Counted from the stretch's first letter, positions 7,916 to 19,367 are shown. The stretch is 32,000 nt of DNA from Methylorubrum extorquens (GCA_900234795.1 LT962688.1:2850001-2882000), one strand, 5' to 3'. A program made the numbers and translations. Notes: a model not told the origin generated them from the sequence alone.

Positions 7916-8569
7916 TCAGCCGTCCCGCGCCACCGCTTCGAGTGCGGCGATGTCGCCGCCGCCGATCAGCGGCAGGTGAGCCGTGATCCGCTCGATCGGC
8001 CAATCCCACCACGCTACCGCCTGCAGTCGCGCGGCGTCCCCTTCCGAGAAGCGGTGGCGGACAACCTTTGCGGGGTTGCCGGCCACGATCGCGTAGGGCG
8101 GGACGTCCGCCGCCACGACCGCATGCGCCGCGACCACCGCGCCGTCGCCGATCGTGATGCCCGGCATCACGGTGCTCTGATATCCGAGCCAGACATCGTT
8201 GCCGATGCGCGTGTCGCCGCGATTCGGGAAGTTCAGCTCGCCCTCGAAGCGGCCGATCCAATCGCCGCCGAAGATCGGGAAGGGGTAGGTCGAGAGCCCG
8301 TCGAGGCGGTGGTTGCCGCCGTTCATCAGGAAGCGCGTGCCCGCGGCGAGGGCGCAGAACTTCCCGATCACCAGCCGGTCGCCGATGAAGGGGAAGTGGT
8401 AGAGGATCGCGTCGAGAAAGGCCTGCGGTCCGGCCGGATCGTCGTAATACGTATAGGCGCCGACCTCGACATTCTCCGGCAGGTCGAGGTTGCGGATGAA
8501 CGTCACGCGGCTGTGCCCGGCCATCGGGTGCAGAGCGTCCGGATCCGGGCCGATCCTCGGTGGCTGCAT
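7916..8569 (-). CDS. Vat-family (xenobiotic/streptogramin A type) hexapeptide-repeat O-acetyltransferase
   Basis: ORF 7916..8704 with the start moved to the ATG at 8569 ([10 protein letters not shown]...). The sequence [48 protein letters not shown]...[57 protein letters not shown]...AWWDWP matches the Vat/CatB-related signature. Confidence 0.8.
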   Translation of the reverse strand: MQPPRIGPDPDALHPMAGHSRVTFIRNLDLPENVEVGAYTYYDDPAGPQAFLDAILYHFPFIGDRLVIGKFCALAAGTRFLMNGGNHRLDGLSTYPFPIFGGDWIGRFEGELNFPNRGDTRIGNDVWLGYQSTVMPGITIGDGAVVAAHAVVAADVPPYAIVAGNPAKVVRHRFSEGDAARLQAVAWWDWPIERITAHLPLIGGGDIAALEAVARDG

Positions 8570-8663
8570 GCTCCCTTCCCTCTCGCGTGCGGACGAGGCG
8601 GTGTTTGCAGCCGGAGATGGCCGGATCGCGGCACGGGAGGCCGGGGATCGCGCTTCGAAACGC

Positions 8664-8692
8664 TTGAATTCGCCACGCAGCGGGGTTAAGTC
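8664..8692 (+). promoter_or_regulatory. candidate sigma70-type promoter of the rimP-nusA-infB operon
   Basis: TTGAAT (8664-8669), then a 16-17 nt spacer, then TTAAGT/TAAGTC (8686-8692). It lies about 145 nt upstream of the rimP ATG. Pattern match only. Confidence 0.3.
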
Positions 8693-8733
8693 ACGGCTCA
8701 ACATTTCTGGTGCAGTCGATAGGCTGCTTGCGG

Positions 8734-8768
8734 GAGTGGGCCCCCCGGGGTCCGCTCTTTTTTATTTT
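8734..8768 (+). terminator. intrinsic terminator/attenuator in the rimP leader
   Basis: gagtgggcccc (8734-8744) pairs with ggggtccgctc (8747-8757), including two G-U pairs. It is followed immediately by TTTTTTATTTT (8758-8768). No plus-strand gene lies upstream for it to terminate, and it sits 67 nt before the rimP ATG. Confidence 0.6.
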
Positions 8769-8834
8769 CGCGAGCACCTCCAGCGCTGGATTTGCCAAGC
8801 TCAACCCCGATCGAGACCTTCGGAAAATCACAGC

Positions 8835-9590
8835 ATGGCGGAGCCTACCGAGAAACGTCTTGTCAGCGAGACCGGCGTCGCCGCGCGCGTCGCCCAGATC
8901 GTCGAGGGACCGATCGAGGGCCTCGGCTTCCGGCTGGTCCGGGTGAAGATCTCGAACACCAACGGCCGCACCGTGCAGATCATGGCCGAGCGGCCAGACG
9001 GCACGATGGGCGTCGATGAGTGCGAGGCGGTGAGCCGCGCGATCTCGCCGATCCTCGATCTCGAGGACCCGGTCGGCGACGCCTACTATCTCGAAGTCTC
9101 GTCGCCCGGCATCGACCGTCCCCTGGTGCGCGTTTCCGATTTCGAGCGCTGGGCCGGTTATGAGGCGAAGGTCGAGCTTGCCGTGCCGATGGATGGGCGC
9201 AAGCGCTTCCGCGGCATCATCGGGGTTCCGAGCGCGGACGGCACCACGGTGCCGATCGATCTGCCCGACGTGAAGCCGGGCCTTCCGAGCCGCATCGATG
9301 TGCCGCTTCGTGATCTCGGCGAGGCGCATCTTGTTCTGACGGACGAGCTGATTCGCGAATCGCTCCGCCGTGGCTCTGCCCCGCCGCAGGACGGCGAAGA
9401 GGGCGACGAGGAAGAGGGCGCGGAAGCCGAGCACGAGGCGCCGCAGGTCCGCTTCATCCCGCAGCCGAAGCGGCCCAAGCCCAAGGTGGACAAGAAGTCC
9501 GACAAGCCGGTGAAGGCGAAGAAGCCCAAGCCCGGCGGCGGCATCGTCACGAAGGCCGCCCGCCTCAAGAACCGCGACACGCTTCACTGA
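8835..9590 (+). CDS. rimP: ribosome maturation factor RimP, with a long acidic then Lys/Pro-rich C-terminal tail
   Basis: ORF 8490..9590 trimmed to the ATG at 8835 ([39 protein letters not shown]...[14 protein letters not shown]). It sits directly upstream of nusA. Confidence 0.9.
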   Translation: MAEPTEKRLVSETGVAARVAQIVEGPIEGLGFRLVRVKISNTNGRTVQIMAERPDGTMGVDECEAVSRAISPILDLEDPVGDAYYLEVSSPGIDRPLVRVSDFERWAGYEAKVELAVPMDGRKRFRGIIGVPSADGTTVPIDLPDVKPGLPSRIDVPLRDLGEAHLVLTDELIRESLRRGSAPPQDGEEGDEEEGAEAEHEAPQVRFIPQPKRPKPKVDKKSDKPVKAKKPKPGGGIVTKAARLKNRDTLH

Positions 9591-9703
9591 TTCCGCGGCA
9601 TCGCTTCGAGCGGCCGGTACCGGCGCCGTCGCGATGCAAGAAGACCTTGAGAATAAGTCCGCTCTCGCAGCGGAAGACACGACCGAAGGAAGGACCAGAC
9701 CCC

Positions 9704-11341
9704 ATGGCTGTCGTCAGCGCCAATCGGCTCGAACTCCTGCAGATCGCCGAGGCGGTCGCCCGCGAGAAGGTGATCGACCGCCAGATCGTCATCGAGGCGA
9801 TGGAAGAGGCGATCGCGAAGGCGGCCCGCTCCCGCTACGGCGCCGAGACCGACGTTCACGCCGAGATCGACACGAAGAGCGGCGCGCTGCGCCTGTCCCG
9901 CCACCTGCTTGTGGTCGATCAGGTCGAGAACGACGCCCGTGAGATCACCCTCGATCAGGCCCGCCGCTACAACCCCGGCGCCCTCATCGGCGATGTGATA
10001 TCCGATACCCTGCCGCCGTTCGATTTCGGCCGCGTCGCGGCGCAATCGGCCAAGCAGGTCATCGTGCAGAAGGTGCGCGACGCCGAGCGCGCCCGCCAGT
10101 ACGACGAGTACAAGGACCGGATCGGCGAGATCCTCAACGGCGTGGTCAAGCGCGTCGAGTACGGCAACGTTATCGTCGATCTCGGCCGCGGCGAGGGCAT
10201 CGTCCGCCGCGACGAGATGATCCCGCGCGAGACCTTCCGCCCCGGCGACCGCATCCGCGCCTACCTGTTCGACGTGCGCTCCGAGGTACGCGGGCCGCAG
10301 ATTTTCCTGTCGCGCTCGCACCCGCAATTCATGGCCAAGCTGTTCGGCCAGGAAGTGCCGGAGATCTATGACGGCATCGTCGAGGTGAAGGCGGTCGCCC
10401 GCGATCCCGGCTCGCGCGCCAAGATCGCGGTCATCTCCCGCGACTCCTCGATCGACCCGGTCGGCGCCTGCGTCGGTATGCGCGGCTCCCGCGTCCAGGC
10501 GGTGGTCGGCGAGCTTCAGGGCGAGAAGATCGACATCATCCCGTGGTCGGAAGATCAGGCGACCTTCATCGTCAACGCGCTGCAGCCGGCCGAGGTCGTG
10601 AAGGTGGTGCTCGACGAGGAGGCCGACCGCATCGAGGTGGTGGTGCCCGACGACCAGCTCTCGCTGGCCATCGGCCGCCGCGGCCAGAACGTGCGGCTGG
10701 CTTCGCAGCTCACCGGCTGGGACATCGACATCCTGACCGAGGCCGAGGAATCCGAGCGGCGCCAGAAGGAATTCGCGGAGCGCACTCAAGCGTTCATGGA
10801 AGCGCTCGACGTGGACGAGACCGTCGGCCAGTTGCTGGCCGCCGAAGGCTTCCGCAACGTCGAGGAAATCGCCTTCGTCGATGTCGCCGAGCTCTCCAAC
10901 ATCCAGGGTCTCGACGAGGAGACCGGTGCCGAGATCCAGGCCCGCGCCCAGGATTACCTCGCCCGGATCGAGCAGGAGCAGGACGACCGCCGCCGCGAAC
11001 TCGGCGTCGAGGACGAGCTGCGCGAGATCGACGGCATCACCACCGCGATGATGGTGGCGCTGGGCGAGAACGAGGTGAAGACCGTCGAAGACCTCGCCGG
11101 CTGCGCCACCGACGATCTCGTCGGATACACCGAAGGCCGCGGCCCCGAGGCCGTGCGCCATGCCGGTTATCTCGACGGCTTCGAGCTGTCGCGGGCCGAG
11201 GCCGAGGCGCTGATCATGGCCGCCCGTCTGAAGGCCGGCTGGATCGACGCGCTGCCGGAGCCGGAGGGTGAGGCCGCCGAGGGCGACGCCGAGGACGGCG
11301 AGGCGACCGAGGAAGCAACGGCCGAGCCGCAGCAGGCTTGA
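9704..11341 (+). CDS. nusA: transcription termination/antitermination factor NusA
   Basis: ORF 9647..11341 trimmed to the ATG at 9704 ([22 protein letters not shown]...), which has a GAAGGAAGGA SD upstream. It has S1 and KH regions ([18 protein letters not shown]; [19 protein letters not shown]), two C-terminal HhH repeats and an acidic tail. Confidence 0.95.
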   Translation: MAVVSANRLELLQIAEAVAREKVIDRQIVIEAMEEAIAKAARSRYGAETDVHAEIDTKSGALRLSRHLLVVDQVENDAREITLDQARRYNPGALIGDVISDTLPPFDFGRVAAQSAKQVIVQKVRDAERARQYDEYKDRIGEILNGVVKRVEYGNVIVDLGRGEGIVRRDEMIPRETFRPGDRIRAYLFDVRSEVRGPQIFLSRSHPQFMAKLFGQEVPEIYDGIVEVKAVARDPGSRAKIAVISRDSSIDPVGACVGMRGSRVQAVVGELQGEKIDIIPWSEDQATFIVNALQPAEVVKVVLDEEADRIEVVVPDDQLSLAIGRRGQNVRLASQLTGWDIDILTEAEESERRQKEFAERTQAFMEALDVDETVGQLLAAEGFRNVEEIAFVDVAELSNIQGLDEETGAEIQARAQDYLARIEQEQDDRRRELGVEDELREIDGITTAMMVALGENEVKTVEDLAGCATDDLVGYTEGRGPEAVRHAGYLDGFELSRAEAEALIMAARLKAGWIDALPEPEGEAAEGDAEDGEATEEATAEPQQA

Positions 11342-11361
11342 GCCAGAGGTAGGGAGACTCG

Positions 11362-12114
11362 GTGCAGGATATGATCGCGCAGGGGGGCACGGACGGCGAA
11401 TCGGCCGAGACCGGCCCGGATCTCGACCGTGGCCCGGGCCGCGGCCGGGAGCCTGTGCGCACCTGCATCGTCACCCGTAAAGCGCAGTCGCCCTCGGCGA
11501 TGATCCGCTTCGTGCTGGGGCCCAACGCCACGGCGGTGCCGGATCTGCGCGCACGCCTGCCGGGTCGCGGCGCTTGGGTGACCGCCACGCGCGCGACGAT
11601 CGAGGCCGCGGTCAAGCGCCGTGCCTTCAACCGCGCCTTCAAGTCCAACGAGGCGAAGGTCCCGCCCGATCTCGCCGACCAAGTTGCCGAGGGTCTCCGC
11701 ACCGATCTGCGTCAGGCCTTGGCTATGGCCAACAAGGCCGGTTGCGTCGTGACCGGCTTCGGCAAGGTCGAGTCGGCGATTCTCGGAGCGGTCGGCGTCG
11801 CGGCGGTGATTCACGCCAGCGATGCCGCTCCGGACGGTCGGCGCAAGCTCGCAGCTGCCTTGCGGCGGCGCTACGGCGATGCCATATCGGTTATTCCCGT
11901 TGTCGATGACCTGTCCAACACCGAATTGGACATGGCATTGGGCCGGGATCATGTGATACACGCTGCCCTTATCGCGGGAGCCGGCACTACCGGCTATCTC
12001 GCGCGTTGGCGTCGGTTCCGCACCTTCGAGGGTATGGCGTCGGCGTCTGAAGAGGACGCCCCGCTTGCTGCTGGCGCGACCGCCTTCGATTCGCACGACG
12101 ACGAATTGACATGA
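11362..12114 (+). CDS. YlxR/DUF448-type RNA-binding protein fused to an L7Ae-like C-terminal region
   Basis: RTCIVTRKAQSPSAMIRFVLGP...LPGRGAWV is the YlxR signature. It holds the conserved position between nusA and infB. GTG start with AGGGAG 5 nt upstream. Confidence 0.8.
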   Translation: MQDMIAQGGTDGESAETGPDLDRGPGRGREPVRTCIVTRKAQSPSAMIRFVLGPNATAVPDLRARLPGRGAWVTATRATIEAAVKRRAFNRAFKSNEAKVPPDLADQVAEGLRTDLRQALAMANKAGCVVTGFGKVESAILGAVGVAAVIHASDAAPDGRRKLAAALRRRYGDAISVIPVVDDLSNTELDMALGRDHVIHAALIAGAGTTGYLARWRRFRTFEGMASASEEDAPLAAGATAFDSHDDELT

Positions 12115-12178
12115 CACTCGGCCGGGCATGCCCGCCGCCGGCCGATGGGACGATGGAAACCCTCAGGGTTCAGACTGA

Positions 12179-15148
<2,970 letters not shown>

Positions 15149-15176
15149 GCGGCCCTCCCCTACCGCTCTTCCTTAC

Positions 15177-15210
15177 GGGGCCGCGGCGAAAGCTGCGGCC
15201 CCCTTTGTTT
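15177..15210 (+). terminator. intra-operon hairpin plus T-tract between infB and rbfA
   Basis: ggggccgc (15177-15184) pairs perfectly with gcggcccc (15195-15202) across a 10-nt loop and is followed by cTTTGTTT. It starts 29 nt after the infB stop. Confidence 0.5.
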
Positions 15211-15250
15211 CCAGGCACCCGCCTGATGGTTCAGCGACGTCGATCAGCCG

Positions 15251-15688
15251 ATGGCCCAAAAGCAGACTCCCTCCGGTCCCACGCAGCGTCAGCAGCGCGT
15301 GGCCGAACTCATCCGCCACGCTCTGGCCGAAGTGCTGCAGCGTGGTGACATTCAGGATCCGGTGCTCGGCTCGCATGTCGTCACCGTTCCCGAGGTTCGG
15401 ATGTCGCCGGACCTCAAATTGGCGACCGCCTACGTCATGCCGCTCGGTGGCCAGGACGAGGCCCCGGTAATCGCCGCGCTCGAGCGTCACAAGAAGATCC
15501 TCCGCCAGGAAGTGGCCCGGCGGGTGAACCTGAAATTCGCGCCCGACTTGCGTTTCCGGCGCGACGAGACCTTCGACGAGGCGGCCCGGATCGACCAGCT
15601 CCTGCGGAGCGAGAAGGTCCAGCGGGATCTGGAAAGTGCTCCTCGCGAGGACGACGAGGGCGAACCGGATTCGTCCTCGCGCGATTGA
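15251..15688 (+). CDS. rbfA: ribosome-binding factor A
   Basis: 145 aa: [22 protein letters not shown]...[19 protein letters not shown]...[19 protein letters not shown]. Conserved position after infB. Confidence 0.93.
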   Translation: MAQKQTPSGPTQRQQRVAELIRHALAEVLQRGDIQDPVLGSHVVTVPEVRMSPDLKLATAYVMPLGGQDEAPVIAALERHKKILRQEVARRVNLKFAPDLRFRRDETFDEAARIDQLLRSEKVQRDLESAPREDDEGEPDSSSRD

Positions 15689-15896
15689 TCTCCATCCGGG
15701 CGGCTGCCGTTGCTCCGCCCCTTCGCCCAACGGGCCGCTTGATGGCCCCTTGATGGGCTGAGCCGCTCAAGAGCCTCGTCCTGGATGTCCATTCCAGGCC
15801 GATGCTCTTCGCTTTTGTTTTTGCATCGTCGTTTGCCGAGAGCCGGTGGCCACCTTTCGGGACGATGCTCTAGAGAACCCGTCGATCGAGGACAGG

Positions 15897-16922
15897 ATGC
15901 AAGACGACATTTCTTCCGAACGCGCCGGTGAAGCGCCGCAGGAGCCGCGGGGCGACCTGCGCCGGGACGGACCGCCGCGGGGCGGACGCCGCCCTCAGCG
16001 CGGCCGTCCGCGCCATGACCGGCCGAAGAAGAACGACGTGAGCGGCTGGGTGGTGCTCGACAAGGGCGTCGGCATCACCTCGACCCAGGCCGTGGCGGTG
16101 GTGAAGCGCCTGTTCAACGCCAAGAAGGCGGGCCATGCCGGCACGCTCGATCCGCTGGCATCGGGCATCCTGCCGATCGCACTCGGCGAGGCAACGAAGA
16201 CGGTGCCGTTCGTCATGGACGGGCGCAAGGCCTACCGCTTCGAGGTGACCTGGGGTGTCGAGACCGACACCGACGATGCCGAGGGTCGCCCGGTCGAGAC
16301 CTCCGACGTCCGCCCGACCCGTGAGGCACTCGAGGCGGCTCTGCCCGCCTTCGTCGGCGAGATCGAACAGGTGCCGCCGCGCTACTCCGCCATCAAGATT
16401 CAGGGCGAGCGCGCCTACGACCTCGCCCGTGATGGCGAGGTGGTGGAACTGGTGGCCCGCTCCGTGCGCATCGACCACCTCTCGGTGATCGAGCACCACG
16501 GCGACCGCACCGTGATCGCTGCGGAATGCGGCAAGGGCACCTACGTTCGTGCGCTGGCCCGCGATCTCGGCCGGGTGCTCGGCTGCTACGGTCACGTCTC
16601 GGCCCTGCGGCGCACGCGCGTGGGCCCCTTCGAGGAGGCGGCCGCCTGCAGCGTCGCCACCCTCGAAGAGAGCACCGAGATGCATCTCCACGCGGTCGAA
16701 ACGGCTCTGGACGAGGTGCCCTCGGTGGCGGTCAGCCGCGACATGGGGCTTCGCCTGATGCGCGGTCAGCCGGTGATTCTGCGCGGGCAGGACGCGCCGA
16801 TCGGCGGCAAGGCCTACGCGACTTGCGGCGGCGTGCTCGTCGCCGTCGGCGATGTCGAGCGCGGCGAACTGGTGCCGCATCGCGTGTTTCACCTCGGTGG
16901 AACGGCGGCACCGAGAAACTGA
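15897..16922 (+). CDS. truB: tRNA pseudouridine(55) synthase TruB
   Basis: ORF 15846..16922. The ATG at 15897 is preferred because GAGGACAGG lies just upstream; GTG at 15846 is possible. It carries the catalytic motif GHAGTLDPLASGILPIALGEATK. An Arg-rich N-terminal extension precedes the core. Confidence 0.93.
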   Translation: MQDDISSERAGEAPQEPRGDLRRDGPPRGGRRPQRGRPRHDRPKKNDVSGWVVLDKGVGITSTQAVAVVKRLFNAKKAGHAGTLDPLASGILPIALGEATKTVPFVMDGRKAYRFEVTWGVETDTDDAEGRPVETSDVRPTREALEAALPAFVGEIEQVPPRYSAIKIQGERAYDLARDGEVVELVARSVRIDHLSVIEHHGDRTVIAAECGKGTYVRALARDLGRVLGCYGHVSALRRTRVGPFEEAAACSVATLEESTEMHLHAVETALDEVPSVAVSRDMGLRLMRGQPVILRGQDAPIGGKAYATCGGVLVAVGDVERGELVPHRVFHLGGTAAPRN

Positions 16923-17050
16923 AGGATCGGTTCTCGCGCGTGGTCGATCGAGTGATTTGCAAGAAAAGAAGTGCTCACAGCCGCTTCATCGAACGCAGTC
17001 GAGAATAGCCGGCTCAATCTAACCTTTGAGAAAAAACGCTCTCCATAGAA

Positions 17051-17082
17051 GCCCGTCGATTCCACGGATCGGCGGGCTTTTT
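17051..17082 (+). terminator. rho-independent terminator about 130 nt downstream of truB
   Basis: gcccgtcgat (17051-17060) pairs with atcggcgggc (17068-17077) at 9 of 10 positions and is followed by TTTTT (17078-17082). Confidence 0.7.
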
Positions 17083-17083
17083 C

Positions 17084-17856
17084 ATGTGCGTGTCTCTGGG
17101 CCTCAAGCTGGCGATGGTCGTCGGGCTCCTTGGTCTCGTCGGAGCGGGTATCTCGGCCTTCGCGCTGCGGCAGGCATCGCAGGAACAGGCCCGCGCCGCC
17201 CTCACCGAATCGTTCTGGAATGCCGGGCTTCAGGCCCGAGGTCTGGCCCAAGCCATCGAGCACGCCGTGGTCGAGGCCAGTGCCGTCTACACCGCCTCTG
17301 ACACCGAGGAGGCCAAGCAGCGGCTCTCCGCGCTTCAGACACGGCGCTCGGTGAGATGGAGGCAGCGCGCGGGCCGTACCTGTCCGCGATGGATGGGCAT
17401 CTGCCGCCGGAGAAGCGGCGCCGGCCTGACCTCGCGGTGAAGGAGTTCGTCGCCTATCAGACCGAGACCGCCGCGCTCGGTCTCGCGGTGTCGCCGCGCG
17501 CCGCCCTGATCCAGGCGAGCGACGAGGCGACGGTGAAGAATCACGAGCGCATGGTGGCGGAGATCTCGGCACTGGGCCGCGACGTGCTCGCGCGCCTCGA
17601 CGGACAGCGGGACGCGGCGGCGCAAGTGCAGCGCAAGGCCTTCATCACGCTCATCGCCGCGCCGGCCGCAGCCCTCATCCTGGCATTGCTCGCCGCCATC
17701 TGGATCATCCGAACGCAGATCCAAAGCCCGCTGCACCGGCTGAAAGCCACCATGCAGGCGCTTGCTGACGACCGGCTCGACGAGACGGTGCCGTTCGGCG
17801 CGGCGTTGCCAGCCATCGAGGAATCGCCGCGGACCGACGCTCCGTCGCCTGGATAA
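17084..17856 (+). pseudogene. methyl-accepting chemotaxis protein, N-terminal remnant (TM1, periplasmic 4-helix sensor, TM2, first HAMP helix), frameshifted
   Basis: Frame A (17084-) reads MCVSLGLKLAMVVGLLGLVGAGISAFALRQ...EEAKQRLSALQT. Reading continues sensibly only in frame B (open from 17302): ...LGEMEAARGPYLSAM...AFITLIAAPAAALILALLAAIWIIRTQIQSPLHRLKATMQALADDRLDETVPFG, then junk and a stop at 17856. The shift lies near 17343-17347 and is consistent with an extra CG. There is no SD, because the ATG abuts the truB terminator. Confidence 0.75.
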
Positions 17857-18007
17857 TGAAACCGGTAGGATCGGGCTGAGAGGACTGAACAGAGGGCTAC
17901 GATTGTCAGGTATCCTTTGAACCTAGCCATTCTCAATTGGTCAGATTTCTGCTTTTTCAGGCAATGATTTGCATATAGTGATCTGACGATTTGGCGAGGT
18001 GTTGGAT

Positions 18008-18997
18008 ATGCGTTTCGCTTCAATCGAGGCACTCAGGGCTACGGCCGCGCTGCTTGTTGCAGCTCACCACTTATCGGACCACCGTTTCGTAACCGGCGCC
18101 GCTGGCGTTGATATATTCTTCGTCGTTTCCGGATTTGTTATAGGAAGTGTAGATACCAAAGTTCCGCCGGGCCAATTCCTTTTAAAACGTGCGATACGTA
18201 TCGTGCCGCTTTATTGGGCAACAACTCTTGTGCTTTGCGCAGGCGCGCTAGCAGGGCTGTTCGCCCGCTTCAGCTTCGATGGGGCCACCCTGGCGAAATC
18301 CCTACTTTTCGTGCCCTATTACAACGCCGAAGGTCAGATCTGGCCGTTGGCGATCTCGGGTTGGACGCTCAATGCTGAGATGCTGTTCTACGTCCTGTTC
18401 GCCACTGGTCTCTGGATCGGCGCGCCTCGGACGTTCTGCGCGGCAGCCCTGGCCGGGCTCGTGATCGCGGGCGCGATTTTCGCGCCCGAGAACGCCCCGC
18501 TGCGGTTTTGGACCTCGGCGATCATGCTCGAATTCATTGCCGGCCTTGCCCTTGCCGGGCCGATCCGTCTTTCCGGTCTCGGACGCGGGCTGAGCCTCGT
18601 TGCCGTCGGCGCGACCGGCCTCGTCGCGGCCGAGCTCGCTTGGCACTACACGGAAGCCCTACGGCCGCTCGTATGGGGCGGCCCAGCCTTCCTCATCGTT
18701 TGCGGCGCGCTGGCGATCGAGCGGGCCGGGCACTGGCCCCGGCGCGCCCTCGCCGCCCTGGAGCGGATCGGAGATGCCTCCTATTCACTCTACCTGACCC
18801 ATGGGTTCGTGATCGCGCTCGTGCATCGCAAGGTCGGCACGACCATTGCCGCCAACGCGATGGCTGTGCCGGCCTGCCTCGCGCTGGCGTTCCTGACCTA
18901 TTACGGCTTCGAGCGTCCAGTCGGGCGTATGCTCAACCGGCTCGCTCGACCGCACCCGAGAAGCGCGCTCGAATTGGCGGCAACCTCCACGCATTGA
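18008..18997 (+). CDS. acyltransferase family 3 (OafA/ExoZ-like integral membrane O-acyltransferase)
   Basis: ORF 17999..18997; the ATG at 18008 follows GGCGAGG. Polytopic membrane protein with N-terminal LRATAALLVAAHH, VDIFFVVSGFVI, a C-terminal SYSLYLTHG motif and FERP. Confidence 0.8.
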   Translation: MRFASIEALRATAALLVAAHHLSDHRFVTGAAGVDIFFVVSGFVIGSVDTKVPPGQFLLKRAIRIVPLYWATTLVLCAGALAGLFARFSFDGATLAKSLLFVPYYNAEGQIWPLAISGWTLNAEMLFYVLFATGLWIGAPRTFCAAALAGLVIAGAIFAPENAPLRFWTSAIMLEFIAGLALAGPIRLSGLGRGLSLVAVGATGLVAAELAWHYTEALRPLVWGGPAFLIVCGALAIERAGHWPRRALAALERIGDASYSLYLTHGFVIALVHRKVGTTIAANAMAVPACLALAFLTYYGFERPVGRMLNRLARPHPRSALELAATSTH

Positions 18998-19023
18998 GGC
19001 AGCGTGAGAGGTCGGCCCGCTAG

Positions 19024-19367
19024 GGCAAACGCGCACCGATTGCGGCGATCCAGCATGCGGCGGGCGGCACAAGCGGTGCTATCGGCGAGATCGGGCAAAC
19101 GATCGCCCAGCTCAGCCTCATCGCCGCCGAGGTCGCGGCGGCGGCCGAGCAGCAGGGGCAGGCCAGCCACGAGATCGCCTGTGCCATCGCCGGGGCCGCA
19201 GCGGATGCCCGCACGTGTCGCTGAGCATCGCGGAGGTCCGCGCCGCGGCCGCTTCCAATGAGGAGCGTTCCGACGAAGTCGGCTCCGGTGCCGAGCGAGT
19301 CGGGGATGGCAGCGCCGCACTGGAAGTCGCGATCGGGACGTTCCTGGAGCGGGTGCATGCCGCATGA
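19024..19367 (+). pseudogene. methyl-accepting chemotaxis protein, C-terminal remnant (distal signalling domain), frameshifted
   Basis: 19024-19224 reads ...IAAIQHAAGGTSGAIGEIGQTIAQLSLIAAEVAAAAEQQGQASHEIACAIAGAAADAR and then stops. The -1 frame from 19212 continues VSLSIAEVRAAAASNEERSDEVGSGAERVGDGSAALEVAIGTFLERVHAA to a stop at 19365-19367. This is the IA.AVEEQ.AAT.EI...V...A heptad pattern of MCP C-termini. The conserved hairpin tip (NLLALNAAIEAARAGE) is absent. Confidence 0.7.

Noticed and set aside
8490-8834. N-terminal 115-codon extension of the rimP ORF
   Set aside because: It overlaps the vat gene on the other strand and contains the leader terminator. Recognisable RimP sequence starts at the ATG at 8835.
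15870-16892. 340-aa minus-strand ORF
   Set aside because: Antisense shadow of truB.
17877-19011. TGAGAGG direct repeats flanking the acyltransferase segment, read as a transposon target-site duplication
   Set aside because: There are no terminal inverted repeats and no transposase or integrase. The MCP sequences on either side are not contiguous, since several hundred bp of the gene are missing. A 7-mer match in small search windows has a chance probability near 0.1. I kept it only as a possible microhomology note.
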